Positions 16,465 to 26,611 of a stretch of 64,000 nucleotides of DNA are shown here, piece after piece (the first letter of the stretch is position 1; each line of letters opens with the position of its first letter). The translations under genes were made by a program, and so were the position numbers. The notes under the pieces were generated by a model. That model saw only the letters and a program-made list of their open reading frames with translations, had not been told where the DNA came from and did no database searches. Location: the NCBI GenBank assembly GCA_045598325.1, contig JAZLLT010000050.1:493-64492 (forward strand). The letters run 5' to 3'. The stretch is from Clostridia bacterium (GTDB taxonomy: Bacteria > Bacillota > Clostridia > Christensenellales > Aristaeellaceae).

Positions 16465-16588
16465 TATCTGCACATTCTGTCGCTCTGTGTGTTGTTTCTG
16501 CACTTGTGATTGCAATTATAAGTCATGTTTCTGTACTTGTCAATAGATTTTGTGATATTTTTGCACTTTTTATTGTAATGTGCAGATA
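16465..16588. promoter_or_regulatory. operator set of the immunity switch (CTGCAC-core sites)
   Basis: TATCTGCACATT (16465..16476) and its exact reverse complement AATGTGCAGATA (16577..16588). GTTTCTGCACTTGT (16494..16507) and GTTTCTGTACTTGT (16527..16540) lie 33 bp apart. TTTGCAC lies near 16560. Confidence 0.55.
16515..16543 (-). promoter_or_regulatory. early (cro-side) promoter, consensus
   Basis: Minus strand reads TTGACA (16543..16538), a 17-nt spacer, then TATAAT (16520..16515). One operator copy lies in the spacer/-35 and another just downstream of the -10. Confidence 0.65.
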
Positions 16589-16590
16589 AT
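16561..16590 (+). promoter_or_regulatory. candidate cI-side promoter
   Basis: TTGCAC (16561..16566), an 18-nt spacer, then GATAAT (16585..16590). It is overlapped by the AATGTGCAGATA operator copy. Confidence 0.4.
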
Positions 16591-16618
16591 ACACTTATAC
16601 TAATCCAGAGGTGATAAA

Positions 16619-16966
16619 ATGGATAACTTAAAAAAGTTGCGACTGCTGCGTGGGATTCGGCAAAAAGATATAGCCGATATGCTGGGTGTAGAAAGAACGA
16701 CATACAATAGATACGAAACCGGAGCAAGCGAGCCATCCTACCAAATACTAATCAAGCTTGCGGACATCTTCGGAACCAGTACAGACGAAATCCTCGGTCA
16801 TGCCGTTGGTACATGCAAGCCCGGGAGAGACATAGCAAACATAGAATTGACAAAGAAGGCTTCGTTTCTCAACGAAAGCGGCATAGAAGAGTTGATGCAC
16901 TATGCCGACTATCTTGCAACTCAATCCCGTTATCAAAAAGACACATCTACCGAACAGGCAATATAA
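16619..16966 (+). CDS. CI-like XRE-family HTH repressor
   Basis: 115 aa. LRLLRGIRQKDIADMLGVERTTYNRYETG is an HTH. AGAGGTGA RBS. Confidence 0.85.
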   Translation: MDNLKKLRLLRGIRQKDIADMLGVERTTYNRYETGASEPSYQILIKLADIFGTSTDEILGHAVGTCKPGRDIANIELTKKASFLNESGIEELMHYADYLATQSRYQKDTSTEQAI

Positions 16967-16993
16967 TCCACATTGAATAAGGAGGAAGTCACA

Positions 16994-17386
16994 ATGTACG
17001 AATGGAAATGGGAAGTCAGAGAGTCAAGTCTCAAAAAAGCCGTCGAGTTCAAGCCTGCCGACATACTGTCGATAGATAAAAATAAACCGCTCATCGTAAT
17101 CAACGGTCATACCGCGAATCTTGAAGAATGTAACTGTCAAGATTATACTAAATCAAAAGGCGGCGTCCATGCCTGCAAGCACATGATCCGTCTCGCCATA
17201 GAACTTGGAATCATCAACAAAAGCGGCAACACGCCCGAACAGCAGTACGCCGCAGACAAGCACGAATACCGCAATGTTATCGCTATGGCTTACGGCAGAT
17301 ACCATCTGTTCCACGAACCCTTGATGACTGATGAAGAATATGACAAAATGAAAGCGGAATACAAAGAAAAATACAGAGAATTATAA
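16994..17386 (+). CDS. SWIM-type zinc-finger protein (lysogeny-module accessory gene)
   Basis: CNCQDYTKSKGGVHACKH fits the CxC..CxH SWIM signature. The ATG at 16994 has AAGGAGGAAG upstream and is preferred to the TTG at 16973. Confidence 0.65.
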   Translation: MYEWKWEVRESSLKKAVEFKPADILSIDKNKPLIVINGHTANLEECNCQDYTKSKGGVHACKHMIRLAIELGIINKSGNTPEQQYAADKHEYRNVIAMAYGRYHLFHEPLMTDEEYDKMKAEYKEKYREL

Positions 17387-17390
17387 AGAC

Positions 17391-17419
17391 AAAAAAACCG
17401 CCGTGCAGCAACACGGCGG
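17391..17419. terminator. GC-rich hairpin between the SWIM gene and the integrase; the U-tract is present only for minus-strand transcription
   Basis: A7, then CCGCCGTG-cagcaa-CACGGCGG (17398..17419). There is no T-run on the plus-strand side. Confidence 0.45.
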
Positions 17420-17514
17420 CGCGCTTGTCGGCACACACATACTTTCAAGCATGGTTATTGTATCACAGGTGAAACGATTTGTAAAGCCCTTTCCGAAAAT
17501 AAAGTGAGGAAAAT

Positions 17515-18612
17515 ATGCTCTGCGTCAAATGCAAAAAGGAGATTCCCGATATTTCGCTTTACTGTATGTTCTGCGGACGGAAACAGACAACGACAGCGCA
17601 GGCGGTAAAGCATCGCGGCAACGGGCAAGGCTCTGTCTACAAACTTCCGAACGGCAAGTACCGCGCAGCGGTCACAGTCGGATATTATATCGGTGATGAC
17701 GGAAAAGCGAAGCGCAAAGTACGCACGCGCGAATTTATTAAGAAGTCGGATGCCATCGCGTTCCTGCCGTCACTCAAAACGGACACGCCGAAGGCTGACG
17801 ATATGTCGCTGCGTGAACTGTACGATGTATATATCAAATCGCCCGATTACATTGCTCTGTCCGGCTCGCAGAAGGACAAACTCTCCTATGCGTGGAAACG
17901 CCTGTCCCCAATCGAATACCGTATGATTACCACACTCACGGTGTCGGATATGGAGCAGATCATCTCGGACACGGTATCGTCCTATTATCCGGCGCGGGAT
18001 ATGAAAGTCATGCTTTCCCATTTGTATGTCATCGCCGTCAAGCGGGAAATCATCGCCTATAATAAAACGGATTATGTCGATTTGCCTTTTGACGCGCCCA
18101 AAGCAAAGCGCGACAGATGGACGCAGGAAGAAGTCGAAAAGATGTGGGCTGACTATGCGGACCATCCGTTCACCGCATATCCGCTCATTATGTGCTATTC
18201 GGGTATGAGATACGGTGAACTGTACGGGATGCTGCTGACCAATATCCACCTTAACGACAACTATATGATCGGCGGCATCAAGACAGAAGCGGGTATAGAC
18301 CGCGAAATCCCGATACACACCCGTATCAAGCCGTTGATCGAGCGCATGATGCAGGGCAGAAAACACCGACTTCTCGAAATGGATGAGATGCGTTTCTACC
18401 GACAGTATCACGAAATGATAGAGCGCACGGGCATCCGCGACCTGCCGCCGCAGACCTGCCGCCACTTCTACTTCTCCGCCATGACTGAAGCGGGCGTACA
18501 AGGCGGCATCATAGCAGAAGCAGGAGGACACGCCTCCTATACCACCACAATGAAGAACTATGTTCGCATCCCGCTCGAAGAAAAACTGAAAGCGGTCAAC
18601 ACGATAAAATAA
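17515..18612 (+). CDS. int: tyrosine recombinase / phage integrase with N-terminal zinc ribbon
   Basis: 365 aa. The N-terminus has CVKC...CMFC. The C-terminal catalytic region reads ...TCRHFYFSAM...GGHASYTTTMKNYVRI. Confidence 0.9.
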   Translation: MLCVKCKKEIPDISLYCMFCGRKQTTTAQAVKHRGNGQGSVYKLPNGKYRAAVTVGYYIGDDGKAKRKVRTREFIKKSDAIAFLPSLKTDTPKADDMSLRELYDVYIKSPDYIALSGSQKDKLSYAWKRLSPIEYRMITTLTVSDMEQIISDTVSSYYPARDMKVMLSHLYVIAVKREIIAYNKTDYVDLPFDAPKAKRDRWTQEEVEKMWADYADHPFTAYPLIMCYSGMRYGELYGMLLTNIHLNDNYMIGGIKTEAGIDREIPIHTRIKPLIERMMQGRKHRLLEMDEMRFYRQYHEMIERTGIRDLPPQTCRHFYFSAMTEAGVQGGIIAEAGGHASYTTTMKNYVRIPLEEKLKAVNTIK

Positions 18613-18626
18613 CCCTCAACTCCCGC

Positions 18627-18840
18627 GCCCGCGCAAGCAAAACAGCCTCCAGCGTGCAGGCGAAGCAAAGCATCCTCCGCACCCGCGAAAGAAAATCCGC
18701 CTCCCGCGTGCAGGCGAAGCAAAGCACGCGCCCGCGCAAGAAAATCCCGTTACAATATCCGCGCAAGCAATAGTAATAAAGATTTAACTACCTCGCCTGC
18801 GCAAACAAAAGCACCTCCGGCGTGCAGGCGAAGCAAAGCA
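18627..18840. repeat. direct repeats in the integrase-proximal arm: three near-identical 27-bp cores within about 46-bp units plus degenerate copies
   Basis: CCTCCnnCGTGCAGGCGAAGCAAAGCA occurs at 18646..18672, 18700..18726 and 18814..18840. A GCGCAAG(C)AAAA-type segment precedes each copy. Truncated units lie in between. Confidence 0.85.
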
Positions 18841-18841
18841 C

Positions 18842-18869
18842 GCAAAAGCGCAAGCGTGTGCGCTTTTGC
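18842..18869. other. perfect 11-bp-stem hairpin (GCAAAAGCGCA / TGCGCTTTTGC)
   Basis: Read directly. It lies immediately after the third repeat copy. Confidence 0.7.
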
Positions 18870-18961
18870 AACATTACGATAAATTCCGCACTCGCTATGC
18901 AACGCACTATGCAATAACAGCCAACTACTCACCATTCCAAGCAACTATAGCAAAAATACCA

Positions 18962-19013
18962 AAAATCGAGCAAAACGAAATAATCCGCATATTCACCCGA
19001 ATATGCGGATTAT
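18962..19013 (-). terminator. intrinsic terminator (second of two) downstream of the tRNA-Ser pair
   Basis: A 14-bp perfect stem ATAATCCGCATATT/AATATGCGGATTAT (18980..19013) is followed on the minus strand by TTCGTTTTGCTCGATTTTT. Confidence 0.6.
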
Positions 19014-19016
19014 AAG

Positions 19017-19049
19017 CAACAAAATGCCCCGTTTCACATGAAACAGGGC
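19017..19049 (-). terminator. intrinsic terminator directly downstream of tRNA-Ser(GCU)
   Basis: Stem 19026..19035 / 19040..19049 with one mismatch, followed on the minus strand by ATTTTGTTG. Confidence 0.5.
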
Positions 19050-19054
19050 AAAAG

Positions 19055-19143
19055 CGGAGAAGCCGGGATTTGAACCCGGGCGGCGGTTATCCCACCCTAC
19101 TCCCTTAGCAGGGGAGCCCCTTCGGCCTCTTGGGTACTTCTCC
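19055..19143 (-). tRNA. tRNA-Ser (anticodon GCU), long variable arm, no encoded CCA
   Basis: The reverse complement reads GGAGAAGTACCCAAGAGGCCGAAGGGGCTCCCCTGCTAAGGGAG...GGGTTCAAATCCCGGCTTCTCCG. The acceptor stem is GGAGAAG/CTTCTCC and the anticodon loop is CT-GCT-AA. Confidence 0.85.
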
Positions 19144-19158
19144 ACAAGCCGAAGATCA

Positions 19159-19244
19159 CGGAGAGAGAGGGATTCGAACCCCCGGTGCCTTTCGACATCA
19201 CTGGTTTTCAAGACCAGCGCCTTCAACCACTCGGCCATCTCTCC
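19159..19244 (-). tRNA. tRNA-Ser (anticodon UGA), long variable arm, no encoded CCA
   Basis: The reverse complement reads GGAGAGATGGCCGAGTGGTTGAAGGCGCTGGTCTTGAAAACCAG...GGGGGTTCGAATCCCTCTCTCTCCG. The anticodon loop is CT-TGA-AA. Confidence 0.85.
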
Positions 19245-19260
19245 TTAACCAGCGGAGATT

Positions 19261-19289
19261 ATTATACCAGTTTCGCCCGCCCTTGTCAA
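19261..19289 (-). promoter_or_regulatory. consensus promoter of the tRNA-Ser operon
   Basis: Minus strand reads TTGACA (19289..19284), a 17-nt spacer, then TATAAT (19266..19261), about 17 nt upstream of the first tRNA. Confidence 0.65.
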
Positions 19290-19320
19290 GGGCTTAAAAT
19301 AAAATCTCCGTTAAACGGGG

Positions 19321-21264
19321 TCAGGCGTCGAAAATGCCGCCTTCCAGGGCGCTTCGCGCGGCAAGGATGTATTTGGAAGTATCAAGCGGGTTCACGCCCC
19401 TGCGCGGACAGATCTTGTCATCTGTTGCTTCCGTCTCAGCGTAACGGGAAAGACGGCTCGTGAAGATACCTCTTCCACCCGTGATGCGCGCGAACTTTTC
19501 CGGCAGATCACCCGCGGCCGCCGCGGGGTATTCGGCGACCACGAGGCTGTACCGCCCCGATACGCCCGTGTCCACGAGATGCCCGCCGATGGCCGTGATC
19601 TCGCCGATGAGCCTGCTGACCTTATCCTCCGGAAGCAGGAAGTTACCTTCCAGCACGGGCTCCATGAGAATCGTGCCCGCGCGGCGCAGGCCGTCCATCA
19701 CCGCCATAGGCGTGGCTACGATGAAGTCCAAAGGATGGGTGTGGATGTCATGGTCTCCCCCGCCCACCAGACGGATGCGGATATCATCCACCTGCCAGCC
19801 GTACATGCCCTGTGAGAGCGAAAGTGGGATCGCCTGCTCCACCTGATGCTGGTAGCGGTATTTGATATCCTCGGGCGAACAGACGGACTCGAAAATCACG
19901 CCGCTGCCCCTGGGCAAAGGCTCCATCTCCACCTTGATGACCGCCCAGCAGGGTTTCGGCATGGTATAGGCGACGAAGCCGGCGGTCGGCCGCGCAATGG
20001 TTTCCTTATAGATAACGCGGCTCGGACCGAAGGAAGCCTTGACACCGAAGCGGGTCAGCAGTTCCTCCTCCAGCACTTCCATGTGCACATGCCCCATGAG
20101 GCGGATATTGTACGCACCATCAAAGCGGGAAGTTTCCAGCATTGGATCTTCCTGCGATAGCATCTCGAGTGCCTTGCCGAGCGCTTCGTTCTGCTCCTTA
20201 TTTTCCGCGCTGACAAAGGCGTAGTAAAGGGGCTGTTTTAGGGCGTTCTTGCCCGCCATGCGGTCCCGCGGAAGGGCTTCTCCCAGCACCTGCCCCACGC
20301 GCACGCCGTTCAGTCCGTATACGCAGGCAATGTCGCCCGCCTTCATTTCACCCGCGTTCACGGACGCGCCGTTCACGCCGAAAGTGCGGATCTGCGATAT
20401 CTTGCGTTCCTCAGTGGTCTCCTTGCGCCCATAGGCGTTTTCACGGACGATTTTGATATCGACCGTGTCGCGGTTTCTGAGTTTGCCCGAGAACAGCCTC
20501 ACCCACGCCGCCCGTCCGAGCGTCGCGTCGTTTTCAAGGGCGAATACGATGCCCGAAAGCGACGCTTCTTCCGTTCCTTCCGGAGACGGCAGAAGTCCGG
20601 TTACCGCATCCATCAGTTCCGTTACGCCCTTCCCCGTGAGCGCGCTTCCGCCGAGCACGGGAAGACAATCATCCTTCATGGCCTTTGTCAGCGCGCGGTA
20701 TGCCCGTGCATTTTCGATGCTTCCGTCCGTGAGATAATCGTCCAGTATGCCTTCGTCTTCCCTGCCCGCCTGCAGCGCGAGGTCTTCCTCATTGTTTAGG
20801 TCAAACGCGTTTTCCGTAAGCGTCAAACGGATATCACCGATGACCGCGTCAAAATCCGCCACTTCACGGTCCAGTTTGTTGACAAAGGCGATGGTCGGAA
20901 TATGACACTGACGCAGGATGCGCCACAGGGTCTCCGTGTGCGCCTGCACGCCGTCCGTGCCCGAAATGACCAGTATGGCGCCGTCGATTGCCCACAGGGC
21001 GCGCTCAGTCTCGGACGCGAAATCCGCGTGACCGGGCGTGTCCACGATGTTGATGAGCGTATCTTTCCAGATGACAGGCGCGCAGGCGGAGCGGATGGAG
21101 ATGCCCCTTCTGCGTTCCATGGCGAGGCGGTCGGTATGAGCCGTACCTTCATCCACGGCACCCAAAGAGCGTATGCCGCCCGATAACAGCAGCATACGCT
21201 CCGAAAGTGTGGTCTTGCCCGCATCTACATGGGCAAAGATGCCGATATTGATGAGTTTATTCAT
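19321..21264 (-). CDS. translation-factor GTPase of the EF-G / Tet(M)-Tet(O) ribosomal-protection-like family
   Basis: 647 aa. The N-terminus NIGIFAHVDAGKTTLSE...DTPGHADF...NKLD carries the G1-G4 motifs. Length and layout resemble Tet(M)-type proteins. Confidence 0.8.
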   Translation of the reverse strand: MNKLINIGIFAHVDAGKTTLSERMLLLSGGIRSLGAVDEGTAHTDRLAMERRRGISIRSACAPVIWKDTLINIVDTPGHADFASETERALWAIDGAILVISGTDGVQAHTETLWRILRQCHIPTIAFVNKLDREVADFDAVIGDIRLTLTENAFDLNNEEDLALQAGREDEGILDDYLTDGSIENARAYRALTKAMKDDCLPVLGGSALTGKGVTELMDAVTGLLPSPEGTEEASLSGIVFALENDATLGRAAWVRLFSGKLRNRDTVDIKIVRENAYGRKETTEERKISQIRTFGVNGASVNAGEMKAGDIACVYGLNGVRVGQVLGEALPRDRMAGKNALKQPLYYAFVSAENKEQNEALGKALEMLSQEDPMLETSRFDGAYNIRLMGHVHMEVLEEELLTRFGVKASFGPSRVIYKETIARPTAGFVAYTMPKPCWAVIKVEMEPLPRGSGVIFESVCSPEDIKYRYQHQVEQAIPLSLSQGMYGWQVDDIRIRLVGGGDHDIHTHPLDFIVATPMAVMDGLRRAGTILMEPVLEGNFLLPEDKVSRLIGEITAIGGHLVDTGVSGRYSLVVAEYPAAAAGDLPEKFARITGGRGIFTSRLSRYAETEATDDKICPRRGVNPLDTSKYILAARSALEGGIFDA

Positions 21265-21751
21265 GTGCGTTCAGATGCTCGATGAGCATGGTAAGCGCCG
21301 CCTTGACGGATGAGCAGCGGACCTCGTCCCTGTTTCCGGAAAAGAGGAATCTGCGGGCATGAACCGATGCTTTGTCCGCGATTCCGATCCACACCGTGCC
21401 CACAGGCTTGTCCGCAGTGCCGCCGGTGGGGCCTGCGATTCCGGTAACGGAAAGGGCGAAGTCACTCCGCCGGGACGCTTTGAGCGCGCCCATTGCCATT
21501 TCGCAGGCACACTGCTCGCTCACCGCGCCCGCGGATTTCAGCGTTTCTTCCTTGACGCCCAGCAGTTTCATCTTGGCTTCATTTGCGTAGGTCAGGTAGC
21601 CTTCGTCAAACGCATCGCTGGCACCGGGATTCATGACGATGCTCGCACCGAGCAGTCCGCCCGTGCATGATTCTGCCGTGGTCACGCGTTTGCCCGCCTT
21701 TTTCAGAAGTTCATAGGCGATGCGGGCTTCTTCATCGTAAGAAACCGTCAT
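21257..21751 (-). CDS. pncC: CinA-family nicotinamide-nucleotide amidohydrolase (PncC-type, C-terminal CinA domain only)
   Basis: ORF trimmed to the ATG at 21751 (MTVSYDEEARIAYELLKKAGKRVTTAESCTGGLL...). It carries the TAESCTGG signature. Confidence 0.8.
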   Translation of the reverse strand: MTVSYDEEARIAYELLKKAGKRVTTAESCTGGLLGASIVMNPGASDAFDEGYLTYANEAKMKLLGVKEETLKSAGAVSEQCACEMAMGALKASRRSDFALSVTGIAGPTGGTADKPVGTVWIGIADKASVHARRFLFSGNRDEVRCSSVKAALTMLIEHLNAHE

Positions 21752-21752
21752 A

Positions 21753-22310
21753 TCACATGTCCTTAATATAGGAACGGTTTTTCCAGATATAGTCAAATCC
21801 GCTCCAGACCGCAAGCGCCAGAGAGATATACATCATGATAGTAGTCAGCACATCCCACGCGTCGTGGATGTCTTCCCCGTGCCGCGCCATAGGCAGCAGC
21901 ATGAGCGCCATGGGGATGTAGATCATCTGCGAAACGGTCTTGAGTTTTCCCCAGATGCCCGCAGCGATGACCTTGCCCTTGCCTGCCGCAACAAGGCGGA
22001 AACCGCTCACCGCGAACTCGCGGGCCAGCATCAGCATGCAGACCCAGCCGGGCATGCGGTTGTGCTCCACCAGCATGACGAGAGCGCTCATGACAAGCAT
22101 CTTGTCCGCGATGGGATCCATGAACTTGCCGAAATCCGTCACCAGATGCTGGGAACGGGCGATGCGTCCGTCCAACATGTCGGTAAAGGACGCCACGATG
22201 AAAATCGCGGTGGCAACGATCTGGTAGGACCATTTCTGTATGGATGCGAATGCAACAAAGACGGGCACCAGCAGGATGCGCAGCATGGTCAGTTTGTTCG
22301 GCAGATTCAT
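21753..22310 (-). CDS. pgsA: CDP-diacylglycerol--glycerol-3-phosphate 3-phosphatidyltransferase
   Basis: 185 aa with NKLTMLRILLVP...DMLDGRIAR...DPIADK, the CDP-alcohol phosphatidyltransferase motif. Confidence 0.9.
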   Translation of the reverse strand: MNLPNKLTMLRILLVPVFVAFASIQKWSYQIVATAIFIVASFTDMLDGRIARSQHLVTDFGKFMDPIADKMLVMSALVMLVEHNRMPGWVCMLMLAREFAVSGFRLVAAGKGKVIAAGIWGKLKTVSQMIYIPMALMLLPMARHGEDIHDAWDVLTTIMMYISLALAVWSGFDYIWKNRSYIKDM

Positions 22311-23620
22311 TCTTTCACCCCCATAAGGTCATAGGCGTCGCAGTCGGTGATTCTGACATTGATATACTGTCCGACGGTCAGTTCTTCGTCCGATTCCACT
22401 CGGATGATGCCGTCGCTTTCGGGAGACTCATAAATACTGCGGGCGATATACGCGCCGTCCTCATAGCCTTCGATGACCGCTTCATAGGTCTTTCCCACGC
22501 GGGCTTTACCCACTTCCAGAGAAATCGCCTGTTGGGTCATCATGAGGGCATCAAGGCGCCGGTTCTTGATCTCTTCATCGATCTGTCCTTCCATTTCCGC
22601 TCCCACGGTGCCGTCCTCGGGCGAATAGGTGAACGCACCGAGACGCTCGAAGCGGGCTTCCTTTACGAAGGAAAGCAGCGTCTCGAACTGCTCGTCCGTC
22701 TCACCCGGGAAGCCCACCATCATGGTGGTGCGCACGAGGATACCGTATTTGCGGCAGAGTTTCAGAAGGTTCCTGATGTGCAGGCTTGAACCGCGGCGGT
22801 TCATGGATCTGAGCATCGTGTCGTCGATGTGCTGAAGGGGCAGATCGAGGTACGGCGCGATCTTCGGATTGTCGTGGATCTCGCGGAGGAGTTCCTCATT
22901 CACCGTATCGGGATAGCAGTACAGCACGCGCACCCAGTGAATACCCGGAATCTCGCTTGCTTCACGGAGCAGTCTTTTGAGCAGGAGGGGCTTGCCGGGC
23001 AGATCGTTTCCGTAGCGGCTGGTATCCTGCGCGATGAAGGTCAGTTCCGTGACGCCCTTCTTCGCAAGGTCTCTGCACTCCTCCATGATGTCCTCGTAGG
23101 GACGGGAGACATACTTGCCGCGGATGAGCGGGATGGCGCAGTAAGTGCACTTATTATCACAGCCGTCCGAGATCTTCACATAGGCAGAGAAAGGCGGCGT
23201 TGTGAGCATGCGCTCCACTTTCGGGAACTTGTTGCTCGTTTCGCACCGCATCGGTCTCTCCCCTTTGAGCGCCTTTTCCAGAAGGTCCGGCAGGTTCTCG
23301 AAGTCATTGACGCCCATGAAAGCGTCCGCTTCGGGAAATCCCTCATACAGTTCGTTGGGGTATCTCTGGGAGAGACAGCCCGTGACGATGAGTTTTTTGA
23401 GCCGTCCCGTTTTCTTGAATTCCGCCATCTCGAAAATCGTGTCGATGGACTCCTGCTTGGCACTCTCGATGAAGCCGCAGGTGTTCACGATGATGACATC
23501 CGCTTTGGCGGGATCGGATACGATGTTGTATCCCTTATCGCGGAGCAGACCCAGCATGACTTCGCTGTCAACGGTGTTCTTGCTGCATCCCAGGGATACC
23601 ATTCCTACATTGATTCGCAT
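22307..23620 (-). CDS. rimO: ribosomal protein S12 methylthiotransferase
   Basis: 437 aa with an MTTase N-terminal domain (SLGCSKN), a radical SAM CDNKCTYC motif and a TRAM-like C-terminus. It shows the conserved rimO-pgsA synteny. Confidence 0.85.
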   Translation of the reverse strand: MRINVGMVSLGCSKNTVDSEVMLGLLRDKGYNIVSDPAKADVIIVNTCGFIESAKQESIDTIFEMAEFKKTGRLKKLIVTGCLSQRYPNELYEGFPEADAFMGVNDFENLPDLLEKALKGERPMRCETSNKFPKVERMLTTPPFSAYVKISDGCDNKCTYCAIPLIRGKYVSRPYEDIMEECRDLAKKGVTELTFIAQDTSRYGNDLPGKPLLLKRLLREASEIPGIHWVRVLYCYPDTVNEELLREIHDNPKIAPYLDLPLQHIDDTMLRSMNRRGSSLHIRNLLKLCRKYGILVRTTMMVGFPGETDEQFETLLSFVKEARFERLGAFTYSPEDGTVGAEMEGQIDEEIKNRRLDALMMTQQAISLEVGKARVGKTYEAVIEGYEDGAYIARSIYESPESDGIIRVESDEELTVGQYINVRITDCDAYDLMGVKE

Positions 23621-23629
23621 AGTTGCCTC

Positions 23630-26482
<2,853 letters not shown>

Positions 26483-26523
26483 TTTTCCTCCGATGTCCAT
26501 ATGAACGCTATTATATTGGATAC

Positions 26524-26552
26524 ATTATAGCGCAAAAGCACCAAAAAAGCAA
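26524..26552 (-). promoter_or_regulatory. candidate ftsK promoter
   Basis: Minus strand reads TTGCTT (26552..26547), a 17-nt spacer, then TATAAT (26529..26524). Confidence 0.4.
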
Positions 26553-26578
26553 CCTCTGCGGTTGTTACAAAGGTTTGA

Positions 26579-26606
26579 CAAAACGCACGGCGTTTGCCGT
26601 GCGTTC
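26579..26606 (-). terminator. intrinsic terminator after the secreted-protein gene
   Basis: Stem AACGCACGGC/GCCGTGCGTT (26582..26605), followed on the minus strand by TTTTGT. Confidence 0.55.
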
Positions 26607-26611
26607 TTCTT

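Larger units (their letters stand above)
1..19054. mobile_element. Temperate prophage, right-hand ~19 kb (left end outside window): lambda-like head/packaging module, early/replication module, cro/cI-like switch, integrase, repeat-rich arm next to tRNA-Ser
   Basis: Continuous phage gene content from 1 to 18612. A divergent HTH pair sits at 16.26-16.97 kb and a tyrosine integrase at 17515-18612. Two tRNA-Ser genes follow and housekeeping genes start at 19.3 kb. The right boundary is placed at the tRNA 3' end by analogy only, because attL is not in the window. Confidence 0.9.

Noticed and set aside
16973-16993. A TTG start for the SWIM protein, as given in the ORF track
   Set aside because: The AAGGAGGAAG Shine-Dalgarno lies inside this extension and is correctly spaced for the ATG at 16994.
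1-19054. Defining the exact att core and prophage borders
   Set aside because: Only one end of the element is in the window. No partial tRNA duplicate is visible between the integrase and the tRNA, so the border is left approximate.
19321-21264. Calling the Tet(M)-like GTPase a tetracycline resistance gene
   Set aside because: Only family-level resemblance is visible. Chromosomal paralogues of this type are common in Clostridia. The gene is not on the prophage and has no associated mobile or leader-peptide features in the window.
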